Shown here: positions 1 through 8,050 of the stretch, one piece after another
Layout of the letters: every line of letters starts with the position of its first letter
Numbering within the stretch: position 1 is the stretch's first letter
Source: Smithellaceae bacterium
Lineage (GTDB): Bacteria; Desulfobacterota; Syntrophia; Syntrophales; Smithellaceae
NCBI GenBank assembly: GCA_963682015.1
Contig: OY820932.1
Span: 1,050,618-1,114,617, forward strand
DNA: 64,000 bases
Direction: 5' to 3'
Made by a program: the position numbers and the translations under genes
The notes under the pieces: model-generated
What the model was told of the DNA's origin: nothing
Databases searched by the model: none
What the model saw: only the letters and a program-made list of their open reading frames with translations

Positions 1-83
1 AAGACCGGCCAGAAATATTTATGACCGGTGAGCGCATGCCAGCGCTGGAGCAGATGATGAAGCGCGGATTTAACAGTTGCCAT
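1..83 (-). CDS. branched-chain amino acid ABC transporter permease (LivM-like); N-terminal fragment running off the window
   Basis: The ATG at 83..81 lies 2 nt after the livH-like stop. The frame MATVKSALHHLLQRWHALTGHKYFWPV stays open to the window edge. The call rests on operon position only, since 27 codons are visible. Confidence 0.4.
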   Translation of the reverse strand, partial: MATVKSALHHLLQRWHALTGHKYFWPV

Positions 84-85
84 AC

Positions 86-961
86 TTACACCTTCTGCGG
101 CTGGGGCCTGCCCAGGATGCCGTAGGGCCGGACAATTAACAGAATGAGAAGCAGCGTAAAGGCTACAAAGTCACGATAGGTGGAGGGGAAGAAAGCCGCC
201 ACAAGAATTTCGACCGCTCCCAGAATAAACCCGCCAACCATGGCGCCGCGGATGTTGCCGATGCCGCCCACCACGGCACAGATGAACGCTTTCCAACCGA
301 CCATAATGCCCATGTAAGGGTCAATGACCGGATAGGCCAGGCCGTACATCACACCGGCCGCACCGCCCAGCCCTGTGCCGATGGCAAAGGTAAGTGAGAT
401 GATCTTATTCACCGGCACACCCATCAGGGGAACGATTGTTTTATCCCAGGAAATGGCGCGCATGGCCATGCCTGCTTTGGTGCGCTGGACAATGAAGTCC
501 AGGATAAGCATCAACACCAGGGAAAGAACGATAACCAGTACCTGCAGGGAAGAAACGGTCAGCGTACCCACCGTCCAGGTAACACTGGTGAAGAGCGGCG
601 GAATATGCTTGGGGTACGGCGAAAGCGCCAGTGTAAAGTTCTCCAGGAACAGCCCCACGCCCAGCGCGGTGATGATGGCGGAAACCCGCGGCGCATGGCG
701 CAGCGGCTTGTAGGCCAGCCGCTCGATGACCACACCCAGACAGGCCACGCCCAGCATGGACAGAAGCAGCGTCGGCACAAACGAAAGATGAAGGTAAACG
801 GCCAGCAGAAAACAAAAGAAGGCGCCGATCATGAACAGATCGCCGTGGGCGAAATTAATCATGGTCAGAATGCCGTAAACCATGGTGTAGCCCAGCGCGA
901 TCAGCGCATAAATGCTGCCCAGCTGGAGGGCATTCAAGGCTTGTTGAAATAAATAGGCCAT
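86..961 (-). CDS. livH: branched-chain amino acid ABC transporter permease LivH
   Basis: The 291-aa polytopic membrane protein has the typical LivH N-terminus, LQLGSIYALIALGYTMVYGILTMINFAHGD. Confidence 0.85.
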   Translation of the reverse strand: MAYLFQQALNALQLGSIYALIALGYTMVYGILTMINFAHGDLFMIGAFFCFLLAVYLHLSFVPTLLLSMLGVACLGVVIERLAYKPLRHAPRVSAIITALGVGLFLENFTLALSPYPKHIPPLFTSVTWTVGTLTVSSLQVLVIVLSLVLMLILDFIVQRTKAGMAMRAISWDKTIVPLMGVPVNKIISLTFAIGTGLGGAAGVMYGLAYPVIDPYMGIMVGWKAFICAVVGGIGNIRGAMVGGFILGAVEILVAAFFPSTYRDFVAFTLLLILLIVRPYGILGRPQPQKV

Positions 962-990
962 AGAATGGTAAAAATAACGTCCTTATGGTT

Positions 991-1190
991 TCCCCTCTTT
1001 TATAAAGAGGGGTTAGGGGAGAATTTGTCGTTTCTAAAAATCCCCCTTCAATCCCCCTTTAAATAAAGGGGGAAGGAAAAACATAGAATCCAGACCTTTG
1101 TGATTCACTCCTTTTTAAAGGAGGGACAGGGAGGATTCTCACGCCAGAGAGACTCTCCCTCCTTTCCTAAAGGAGGGTTGGGGAGGATTG
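991..1190. repeat. cluster of four REP-like palindromic units (family A: CCCCTCTTT-loop-AAAGAGGGG hairpin plus a GGGGAGRATT tail), in both orientations
   Basis: Units lie at 991..1026, 1036..1075 (inverted), 1108..1140 and 1155..1190. Related units occur at 1541..1577, 7300..7360, 35383..35417 and 55708..55741. Confidence 0.8.
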
Positions 1191-1481
1191 TAAATGTTCA
1201 GCAATCCTTTCCAGTACTCCATCAATATTTCTTAGTACATCGATGTCTGAAAAACGCAGTACCGTTAATCCAAGCTCCTGGAGATATTTATTTCTTTCCA
1301 AATCTTTTTTCATCCCCGCCGGCTCATAATGCTGCCCGCCATCTATTTCAACAATGAGGTTGCCGCTCGGACAGTAGAAATCTACAATATAGTTTCCAAT
1401 ATTTTTCTGCCGATAAAATTGACATTTATTAATCTGCTTCCTTCTGATTTTCGCCCAGATCAGTTGTTCGGCATCCGTCAT
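1167..1481 (-). CDS. DUF559 (Vsr-like) endonuclease domain protein
   Basis: The 104-aa protein reads MTDAEQLIWAKIRRKQINKCQFYRQKNIGNYIVDFYCPSGNLIVEIDGGQHY...LTVLRFSDIDV, which is the canonical DUF559 pattern. Its last ~8 codons run into a family A repeat unit. Confidence 0.8.
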   Translation of the reverse strand: MTDAEQLIWAKIRRKQINKCQFYRQKNIGNYIVDFYCPSGNLIVEIDGGQHYEPAGMKKDLERNKYLQELGLTVLRFSDIDVLRNIDGVLERIAEHLQSSPTLL

Positions 1482-1540
1482 ATTTTTTCTCAGGTTCCGG
1501 GCAAGCGGTTTAAGCTTTCTATTAAAAGGCAGTATTTATC

Positions 1541-1577
1541 AAAATCCCCCTGAATCCCCCTTGAAAAAGGGGGACAT
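1541..1577. repeat. family A REP-like unit
   Basis: The sequence aaaatccccctgaatcccccttgaaaaagggggacat has the same hairpin-plus-tail design as the units at 991..1190. Confidence 0.7.
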
Positions 1578-1674
1578 CAAAGCCGAAAGCTCTTTTCTTC
1601 CTTGATAAAAGAGGTTTGAGAAAAATTAGCTAAAATATCAAATACCCCTTTGAATAGAAGGATTAACTTCAAAA

Positions 1675-1795
1675 CGGTTTGTTCAAACGCTCCTCAGGCA
1701 AGGCGCATGAAGCTTTAGGAATGAGGCCTACTCTTGTAGGCCGCAGTGACTAAAGCTGAAATGCAACGCCGTATGAGGACATTTTGACGAGCCGC
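1675..1795. repeat. family B intergenic repeat (~120 bp with a central hairpin AGGCCTAC-tctt-GTAGGCC)
   Basis: It aligns by eye with 60686..60806. Shared blocks are gttca..gcaaggc, a central short hairpin, gcag, agc.gaa, aacgccg and atga..tttt.a. Confidence 0.5.
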
Positions 1796-1799
1796 AGTT

Positions 1800-2966
1800 T
1801 CAGGGTTTGGCGTTCGCAAACCACGTAAACTTCCCATCCCTTATTTTCAAAATCACCGCGCTTTTGATCGGGTCGCCGGAGCCTTCTTTGAACTGCATGT
1901 TTCCCGTCACGCCTTCATACTGAGGAATTTTGGCCAGCGCGTCGCGGACAGCCTGACGGTCGTTCTTTCCGGCGGTTTTCATCGCCTGAAACAAAAGTCC
2001 GAAGGAATCGTACGTCAGGGCGGCTACGTCATCCGGCGTGGTCCCGTATCTGGCCTTGTAACTCTCAATGAATTTCCGGGTGGTCTCCGTTGCGGCATCC
2101 GCGGCGTAATGCGTACTGAAATAATAGCCTTCGCAGTCCGCACCGCAGAGCTTGACCAGATCGGAACTGCCCCAGGCGTCGGCCCCGATGAAAGGTACGG
2201 TCATCCCAAGGCGCTTGGCCTGCTGAATCTGCAGCGGCACTTCCGAGTAGTAGTTGGGCAGAAAAATGATTTCCGGCGCGGCTTTCTTGATCTTGGTAAG
2301 CTGCGACGAAAAGTCCTTATCATTGGTGGTGTAAGTTTCGAATGCGACAATCCTGCCGCCGTTCTTTTCATAAATGTCTCTGAAGATTTCCGCAATCCCC
2401 TTGTTGTACTCGGAAGCAACGTCGTACAAAACGGCCGCCTTTTTCAGTTTGAGATCGTTCAGTACGAACTTGGCAACAACCCCTCCCTGAAACGGGTCAA
2501 TAAAGCAGGAACGGAAAACATATTTTTTGGGGGCGCCGGTTTTGGAATCCAGCGTGGTCTTGGGAGCTGTGGACCAGGGCGTGATCAGCACCACTTTGCC
2601 CGATTCGGCGATTTCCGCGGCCGGCAATGCATAACGGCTGGCGTTGGGACCGACTATGGCGGTTACTTTGTTTTGCGTGATCAGCTTCTGCGCGGCGGAA
2701 GCCGACTGGTCGGCCTTACCGGCATTGTCTTCAATCAGCAGTTTGATTTTATATTTCTTCTCACCCAGTTGAATGCCGCCGCCATCATTGATTTCGGCCA
2801 CGGCCATTTCCGCTGCATTCTTGCAGGAGGCTCCCGCAGCCGGTATATCGCCGGTCAGTTCGGCGATAACGCCGATTTTAACCTGGGATGAATCTTCTTT
2901 AGCGCAACCCCAGATTCCCAGAGAAAGGAGCACCAAAAGGATAATGAAAACAATAATTTTTTTCAT
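1800..2966 (-). CDS. branched-chain amino acid ABC transporter substrate-binding (lipo)protein, LivK/LivJ family
   Basis: The 388-aa protein has a signal peptide ending ..GIWGC and a type I periplasmic binding fold pattern (VKIGVIAELTGDIPAAGAS.., VTAIVGPNASR). An AGGAG RBS precedes the ATG at 2966. Confidence 0.85.
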   Translation of the reverse strand: MKKIIVFIILLVLLSLGIWGCAKEDSSQVKIGVIAELTGDIPAAGASCKNAAEMAVAEINDGGGIQLGEKKYKIKLLIEDNAGKADQSASAAQKLITQNKVTAIVGPNASRYALPAAEIAESGKVVLITPWSTAPKTTLDSKTGAPKKYVFRSCFIDPFQGGVVAKFVLNDLKLKKAAVLYDVASEYNKGIAEIFRDIYEKNGGRIVAFETYTTNDKDFSSQLTKIKKAAPEIIFLPNYYSEVPLQIQQAKRLGMTVPFIGADAWGSSDLVKLCGADCEGYYFSTHYAADAATETTRKFIESYKARYGTTPDDVAALTYDSFGLLFQAMKTAGKNDRQAVRDALAKIPQYEGVTGNMQFKEGSGDPIKSAVILKIRDGKFTWFANAKP

Positions 2967-3210
2967 GAACCATCTCCTTGTTCAGTTTAATCTTTTGCCG
3001 AAAACTTATAGGGGAACGCCATCGCCCTGTCAACGAAAAAGAAGGAAAAAAACCAAAGACGAATCCCGTGAAGTTCATTGTTCTTTATGAACGGACCGAT
3101 GAAGATTTCATCCGTTCAACAAATGCAGCATGACGGGTTCCGGTGATGCTTTCACCAGAGCGCGATGCCGTCCTGTGTGTTTTCGGGGCGGAATATCCAT
3201 ATTTACGGAC

Positions 3211-3247
3211 GGGACAAGAAAGGGACAGATGCTCACGCATCTGTCCC
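3211..3247 (-). terminator. rho-independent terminator (minus strand)
   Basis: There is a perfect 11-bp stem, GGGACAGATGC-tcac-GCATCTGTCCC (3222..3247). On the minus strand it is followed by TTTCTTGT. Confidence 0.6.
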
Positions 3248-3725
3248 GCGTTGGTGTAAACAGTTAACGGGTAATGTTTCCTGCCGCTGCCGTATTTTCA
3301 AAAATCGTCCGGTATTTTCTCTCGGATTACAGAAGGGTCTCTTCCGCCTTCTTCCAGCGCAGTTCGGCATCCTCCAGCTCCCGCATCCGCTGGCGAAGCC
3401 GGTTCATTTCCTGAATGAGCTCTTCCATTCATGTACCCCCGTTCATTTTTTCCTCTTTCCCTGAGCCCGGCCGCCCCGCAAGCCGTCCTGCTGGAAACGG
3501 ACAGTCAAACAGGCTTTATTTTATTCAATTTTTTATACTTCCTGAATGAAAAAAGGAAGGGGATTTTGACTTCACCGCTGTGCGTGATGTTGATTACCGG
3601 GCCCAAACAGTCTTTAGGACAACCTGCAAAGGATAGAGTTTTTCGGGATTGTGGGGGGATTTTGTTCCCCCGAAGAAAGCCATGCGCTGTGATTGTCATT
3701 CCGTCGGCAGCCAAGAGAATTTCGT

Positions 3726-4064
3726 CTAACGAGGCCTGATTCCGTCTCTGTCTCCCCAGGCAAGCACATCAAAATGCAGCGTGAGGGTAACATCGAAATA
3801 GATGGCAACACCCGATTTCCCCGTGAAAATGGACGTGCCGGCCTTGTTGGAAGCATCGAGCCGGCTCGAATCAACCGGATTTCTTATAAGAGCGGCCGAG
3901 GTCGCGGGACCCTCGGCATTGAAGTTCGCATTCGGTAATCCCAGGCTGGTTCCCCTTACGACCGATAATTCACTGTCCGTCAGCAGCGACATGGCAGAAG
4001 CTGAAAAGGGAAGCATGAGGATCGCAGCAAGGGCCAAAACCGCGCACATATTTTTTATCATCAT
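3726..4064 (-). CDS. small secreted hypothetical protein
   Basis: The start is moved to the ATG at 4064 (MMIKNM..), which has an AGGAGAG RBS. A Sec signal reads ..LMLPFSASA. I recognise no domain. Confidence 0.55.
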   Translation of the reverse strand: MMIKNMCAVLALAAILMLPFSASAMSLLTDSELSVVRGTSLGLPNANFNAEGPATSAALIRNPVDSSRLDASNKAGTSIFTGKSGVAIYFDVTLTLHFDVLAWGDRDGIRPR

Positions 4065-4238
4065 GGATTCTCTCCTGATTCCTTTAACCGGGCACTGCCT
4101 GTCTGCTTCAACCATTGTGCATTAGAATATCGCACGCTTTCGGAAATTCATCAAGCAAAGAGTTCTGTCTTGATGAAGGGTTCATCCTTTTTCACCAGGG
4201 GACGAATGTGCCTGTTGATCCCATAAAGAACCGGTCTT

Positions 4239-5333
4239 TTACCGTAAAATCCTCCTGACATACCGTGCGATGGCCGGTGACGCGGTCAGACCCGGTGATT
4301 CGATGCCGACCAGATTGATAAAGCCGGGGGCGTCCTCGCGGATGATGAAATCAGCGAAGGCATCCCGAGGCCCCTGCAGCTTCGGGCGGATGCCGGCCAT
4401 ATCGGGATGAACATTCGGAGGCTTCAGAAAAGGCAGGAATTTGACCGCCTGCTCATAAAACAGAACCGCCTTTTCCGGCAGGACGCTGTAATTTTCAACG
4501 CGGTCAATGTAAGTCGCATCCGGCCCCAGTTTCAGGCAGCCGCTTAAATCCATCGTCAGATGGACGCCCAGACCCGCATGATTCTTTAGCGGCGCGGGAT
4601 ATACCAGCCGGTTGACGATTCCCGGCTTTACGCCGGAAACGCCGCAGTAGTCTCCCTTGCAGTAATGCAGTTGATAGTCCCCGCCCGCCATGCCGGCGAT
4701 GGAATCGGATGAAAGCCCGGCGGCATTGACCACGACACCGGAGGTATATTCAAAGCTCTCGCCGCTTTCGTTCCGGGCCAGAATTCGCCAGCCGCTCTTT
4801 TCTTTTTCAATGCGCATTACTTCGGTGCGGCAGACCAGATGAGCCCTGTTTTCCTGCGCCTGACGCAGAAAATGATTCATCAGGGCATGCGCATCAATAA
4901 TGCCTGTATCCGGCGAGTCAAGGGCGGCCGCAGCCTGAATATTCGGCTCCATTTGGGCGACCTGCCTTGCGGTCAGCATTTTCAGCAAATTCGCTCCGCT
5001 GGAGATTCCCTGAAACATCAGGCGTTCCAGTTCTTGCATTTCGTCCGGCCGCGTCGCGACAATCAACTTGCCGGTTTTCCGGTGAGCAATGCCGTTTCTT
5101 GCCGCCAGCTCATACAGCAGACGGTTTCCCTCCACGCAAAGCCGGGCCTTGAGCGATGCCGCCGGATAATAAATGCCGGCATGAATCACTTCACTGTTGC
5201 GCGAACTGATTCCCATGCCATGCGCCGGATTTTTCTCCAGAATAAAAACGCTTACATCCCGCCGCGCCAGTTCAGCGGCAACGGCTAATCCCACAACGCC
5301 CGCACCTATGATGGTAATATCCACATTCTCCAT
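4239..5333 (-). CDS. FAD-dependent oxidoreductase, DAO family (L-2-hydroxyglutarate oxidase/LhgO-like)
   Basis: The protein has an N-terminal dinucleotide fold (ITIIGAGVVGLAVAAELA), then SSRNSEVIHAGIYYP and ..VGIESPGLTASPAIA. Confidence 0.75.
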   Translation of the reverse strand: MENVDITIIGAGVVGLAVAAELARRDVSVFILEKNPAHGMGISSRNSEVIHAGIYYPAASLKARLCVEGNRLLYELAARNGIAHRKTGKLIVATRPDEMQELERLMFQGISSGANLLKMLTARQVAQMEPNIQAAAALDSPDTGIIDAHALMNHFLRQAQENRAHLVCRTEVMRIEKEKSGWRILARNESGESFEYTSGVVVNAAGLSSDSIAGMAGGDYQLHYCKGDYCGVSGVKPGIVNRLVYPAPLKNHAGLGVHLTMDLSGCLKLGPDATYIDRVENYSVLPEKAVLFYEQAVKFLPFLKPPNVHPDMAGIRPKLQGPRDAFADFIIREDAPGFINLVGIESPGLTASPAIARYVRRILR

Positions 5334-5554
5334 GTCCGGCTCCGGATCAAAACGCCCTCTTTGCTGTCAGCTTCATCGGTGTCTTCATTACGTTCGATGA
5401 ACATGCCTGCGGCACCTGTTCCTGCCGCCCCGCTATCCCCTTTGATTTATAGCCGGATTATCACAATTGTTCTTCTTTTACCCCCAAAAAATCTTGAGTG
5501 GATTTGCCGGTCATGGTAATAAGGGCTCTAATTTCTGAAAGGAATTGCCGAAGC

Positions 5555-6334
5555 TTGAAGATTGCCAGTTACAATGTCAATTCGATCCGTTCCCGTCTGC
5601 ATATCGTTTTGCCCTGGCTGCAAAACAATATGCCGGATATCTTCTGCATGCAGGAAACCAAGGTGGAGGATGCAAAATTCCCCGCGGCGGAACTGGAGTC
5701 GCTGGGCTATACGGTCACTTACCGCGGCAACCGGCAATACAACGGCGTGGCCATCGCCACAAAACAAAAACCCGACAAAGTATCCTTCGGTCTTTTGGAT
5801 GACCCAGCCGACTACGACCGCCTGGCCGTAATCCACTGCGGCGATATGGTGGTGGCCAACGCCTACGTTCCACAGGGACAGGATGTGGACAAACCGCAGT
5901 TTGCCTACAAGCTGGCGTGGCTGAACCGCCTGAAAAAATACCTGCAAAAAAAATTCCGGATGGACCAAAAGCTCATCTTGTGCGGCGATTTCAACGTCGC
6001 GCCGGAACAAATCGATGTACATGATCCCAAACGCATTTTAGGGCATGTATCCTTTAACCCGGAAGTATGGAAAGCTTACGAAGATTTCCTTTCCTGGGGA
6101 CTCATCGACATATTCCGCAAACATCATCCCCATGAGCCGGGACAATATACGTTCTTTGACTACCGCGTTCGCGATTCCGTCGGCCGCAACCTGGGTTGGC
6201 GGGTGGATCATATTCTGGCAACCAAAACTGCTGCCGCCGGATCCATCAGCTGCACGATTGACCGGGAAACCCGCCTGACCGAAAAGCCGTCCGATCATGC
6301 AGTAATTTACGCCGAATGGAAAGGAATCATCTGA
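5555..6334 (+). CDS. xthA: exodeoxyribonuclease III
   Basis: LKIASYNVNSIRSRL..FCMQETK..GDFNVAP..SDHAV are the classic Xth/EEP motifs. The start is set at TTG 5555, with GAAAGGAA about 10 nt upstream. The ORF track starts at GTG 5498, which would add an atypical 19-aa extension. Confidence 0.85.
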   Translation: MKIASYNVNSIRSRLHIVLPWLQNNMPDIFCMQETKVEDAKFPAAELESLGYTVTYRGNRQYNGVAIATKQKPDKVSFGLLDDPADYDRLAVIHCGDMVVANAYVPQGQDVDKPQFAYKLAWLNRLKKYLQKKFRMDQKLILCGDFNVAPEQIDVHDPKRILGHVSFNPEVWKAYEDFLSWGLIDIFRKHHPHEPGQYTFFDYRVRDSVGRNLGWRVDHILATKTAAAGSISCTIDRETRLTEKPSDHAVIYAEWKGII

Positions 6335-6852
6335 TGAGCAACGGGGAAAACGTCCAGCGCATTAACGAAATCCTTGCCGAACGCTTCAGCAGAATCGAAA
6401 CCGCCGTCGCCGACGCCAGGTCCATCGCCGGACTTTTCGAAGCCCTGCTTACCGGAGTGGAAAACGAGTTTTCCGTCCCTTTTGTCTGGCTGACGCTTCT
6501 GGACCACGAAGATAACGATCCGATTCTCAGCGAACTGCAACTGTCTAATCTTCTGATCAGCAGATATTCGATCGCCTCGCAGGAATTGCTGGGCGAACTC
6601 CTGCCGACCGGCATGAAGCCCGTCCTGGCCAATCAGGATCTGAAACCTTTCTACAGACTCCTTCCGCCCGGCAGGAAATATTTTGTACGGTCGATTGCCA
6701 TTGTGCCGTTTGCGCTTTCCGGCCAGATGATCGGGACCTGGAATAACGGAGACGCGGACGCCAATCGCTATGCTCCGGACATGAAGACCGACCTGCTTGA
6801 AGCCGTGGCCCGGCGTGTTTCCGAAAAATTGACGGAACTGGTCAAAAGCTAA
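6334..6852 (+). CDS. DUF484 family (GAF-like) protein
   Basis: The ATG at 6334 overlaps the xth stop (TGATG). The pattern FVWLTLLD..SIAIVPFALSGQMIGTWNNGDADANRY is typical of DUF484. Confidence 0.55.
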   Translation: MSNGENVQRINEILAERFSRIETAVADARSIAGLFEALLTGVENEFSVPFVWLTLLDHEDNDPILSELQLSNLLISRYSIASQELLGELLPTGMKPVLANQDLKPFYRLLPPGRKYFVRSIAIVPFALSGQMIGTWNNGDADANRYAPDMKTDLLEAVARRVSEKLTELVKS

Positions 6853-6880
6853 ACCGTTCATCATCGACCCGGAGGATTAC

Positions 6881-7228
6881 ATGGTTGAACAATGGATTAA
6901 GGAAATTAAAAAAGTTTGTCCGCCCGATCAGCTCGGAATGATTCTGGTGCACAACGGCATCGTGCGGGCAACATCCAAACAGGGAGGGCCGGTGGGAGGC
7001 ATGAAGCTTTCTTATGACCGGGCAAGGCTCGACCAGGCCTTGGACCGTTTCAGAAAAGCGGACGGCATCGTGGATATCCGCGCCTGGATCAATGAGGGAA
7101 ATCTGAAAGTCGGCGATGACATCATGGTTGTCGCCGTGGCGGGAAGATTCCGCAAGGATATCGTGCCGGTGTTTCAGGAACTGATTACCTGTATTAAGAC
7201 CGAAGTCGTCCGCGAAGAAGAATGGTAG
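6881..7228 (+). CDS. MoaE-like (molybdopterin synthase catalytic subunit family) small protein
   Basis: GMILVHNGIVR.. and ..GNLKVGDDIMVVAVAGRFRKDIVPVFQELITCIKTEV parallel the MoaE motifs GAVVTFTGKVR and ..GDEIVFVGVTSAHR...YLK. A GGAGGA RBS is present. Confidence 0.5.
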   Translation: MVEQWIKEIKKVCPPDQLGMILVHNGIVRATSKQGGPVGGMKLSYDRARLDQALDRFRKADGIVDIRAWINEGNLKVGDDIMVVAVAGRFRKDIVPVFQELITCIKTEVVREEEW

Positions 7229-7360
7229 GGAACGACCCTGCAAGCTCTGCAGGGAACGGTTTGAAATATTCCCTGCACCTTATTCAGTGAGTGAGACATT
7301 CCCTTCGTCTCCGCAGGAGGGCCGGGGAGAATTTCAAAGAAAAAAAATCCCCCTGAATCA
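7227..7360. repeat. composite of GGGAACGG-type hairpin repeats and family A units
   Basis: The hairpin GCAGGGAAcggtttgaaataTTCCCTGC lies at 7249..7276. GGGGAGAATTTC and aaaatccccctgaat tails follow at 7322..7352. Confidence 0.6.
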
Positions 7361-7438
7361 TCATTGAAACAAAGGGAGCCGTTTCCCGACACAATAAAGG
7401 CGACATCTTTTTTTCATCTCATTAATTATGGTACGCCC

Positions 7439-8050
7439 ATGAACAGAATCCTGATCCTTTTTGCCCATCCCCGGTACGAACAATCCAGAATCAATCGGGC
7501 CCTGATCGACGGCATTGAAAATCCCGGCGGCGTCACCTTTCATGATCTTTACGAAGAATATCCCGATTTCAATGTCGATATTGAGCGGGAAAGAACAGTC
7601 CTGCTTGCGCATGACATCATCATCTGGCATTACCCTTTTTATATGTACGGCGCCCCTGCGCTCCTCAAGCAGTGGATGGATGTCGTTCTGGAATACGGCT
7701 GGGCACGGGGAAGCAAGGGGAATGCGCTCAGAGGCAAAACCGTCTGTAATGTCCTGACGGTGGGCGGTACCCGGCAGGTTTATGCCCGCGGAGCGTTGCA
7801 TCGTCATACGATCCGGGAATTTCTGGTTCCTTTTGAACAATCCGTCGATTTATGCAAGATGCAGCATTTGCCGCCGTTTGTGGTGCACGGAACGTATATG
7901 CTCACGGACCAGCAGCTGCGGGAATATGCCGCTCTTTACTCCAGGTTGCTGACCAGGCTGGTCGAAGGTTCGTTTGACACCAAGTCCGTAAATCGTTTTG
8001 AATACATCAACGACTGGCTTGCCGATATTGAACAGGTGACCAAACCATGA
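7439..8050 (+). CDS. KefG/KefF-type ancillary protein (NAD(P)H quinone oxidoreductase-like)
   Basis: MNRILILFAHPRYEQSRINRAL..IIWHYPFYMYGAPALLKQWMDVVL is the KefF/KefG flavodoxin-like fold. The stop overlaps the next gene's start (ATGA). Confidence 0.8.
   Translation: MNRILILFAHPRYEQSRINRALIDGIENPGGVTFHDLYEEYPDFNVDIERERTVLLAHDIIIWHYPFYMYGAPALLKQWMDVVLEYGWARGSKGNALRGKTVCNVLTVGGTRQVYARGALHRHTIREFLVPFEQSVDLCKMQHLPPFVVHGTYMLTDQQLREYAALYSRLLTRLVEGSFDTKSVNRFEYINDWLADIEQVTKP

Noticed and set aside
3165-3739. The 99-aa and 102-aa plus-strand ORFs, and the 69-86-aa minus-strand ORFs, in the 2967..3725 gap.
   Set aside because: They have no RBS, odd composition, and partly read through repeat units (for example VIVIPSAAKRIS, from a GTCATTCC-type repeat). 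They are treated as non-coding.
5498-5554. N-terminal extensions suggested by the ORF track. Examples are xth from GTG 5498, the DUF484 gene from 6316, the kefG-like gene from 7364, marR from TTG 42742 and the CDF gene from GTG 52116.
   Set aside because: In each case, internal starts with better RBS spacing and family-typical N-termini exist. The marR TTG would lie inside its own -10 region.
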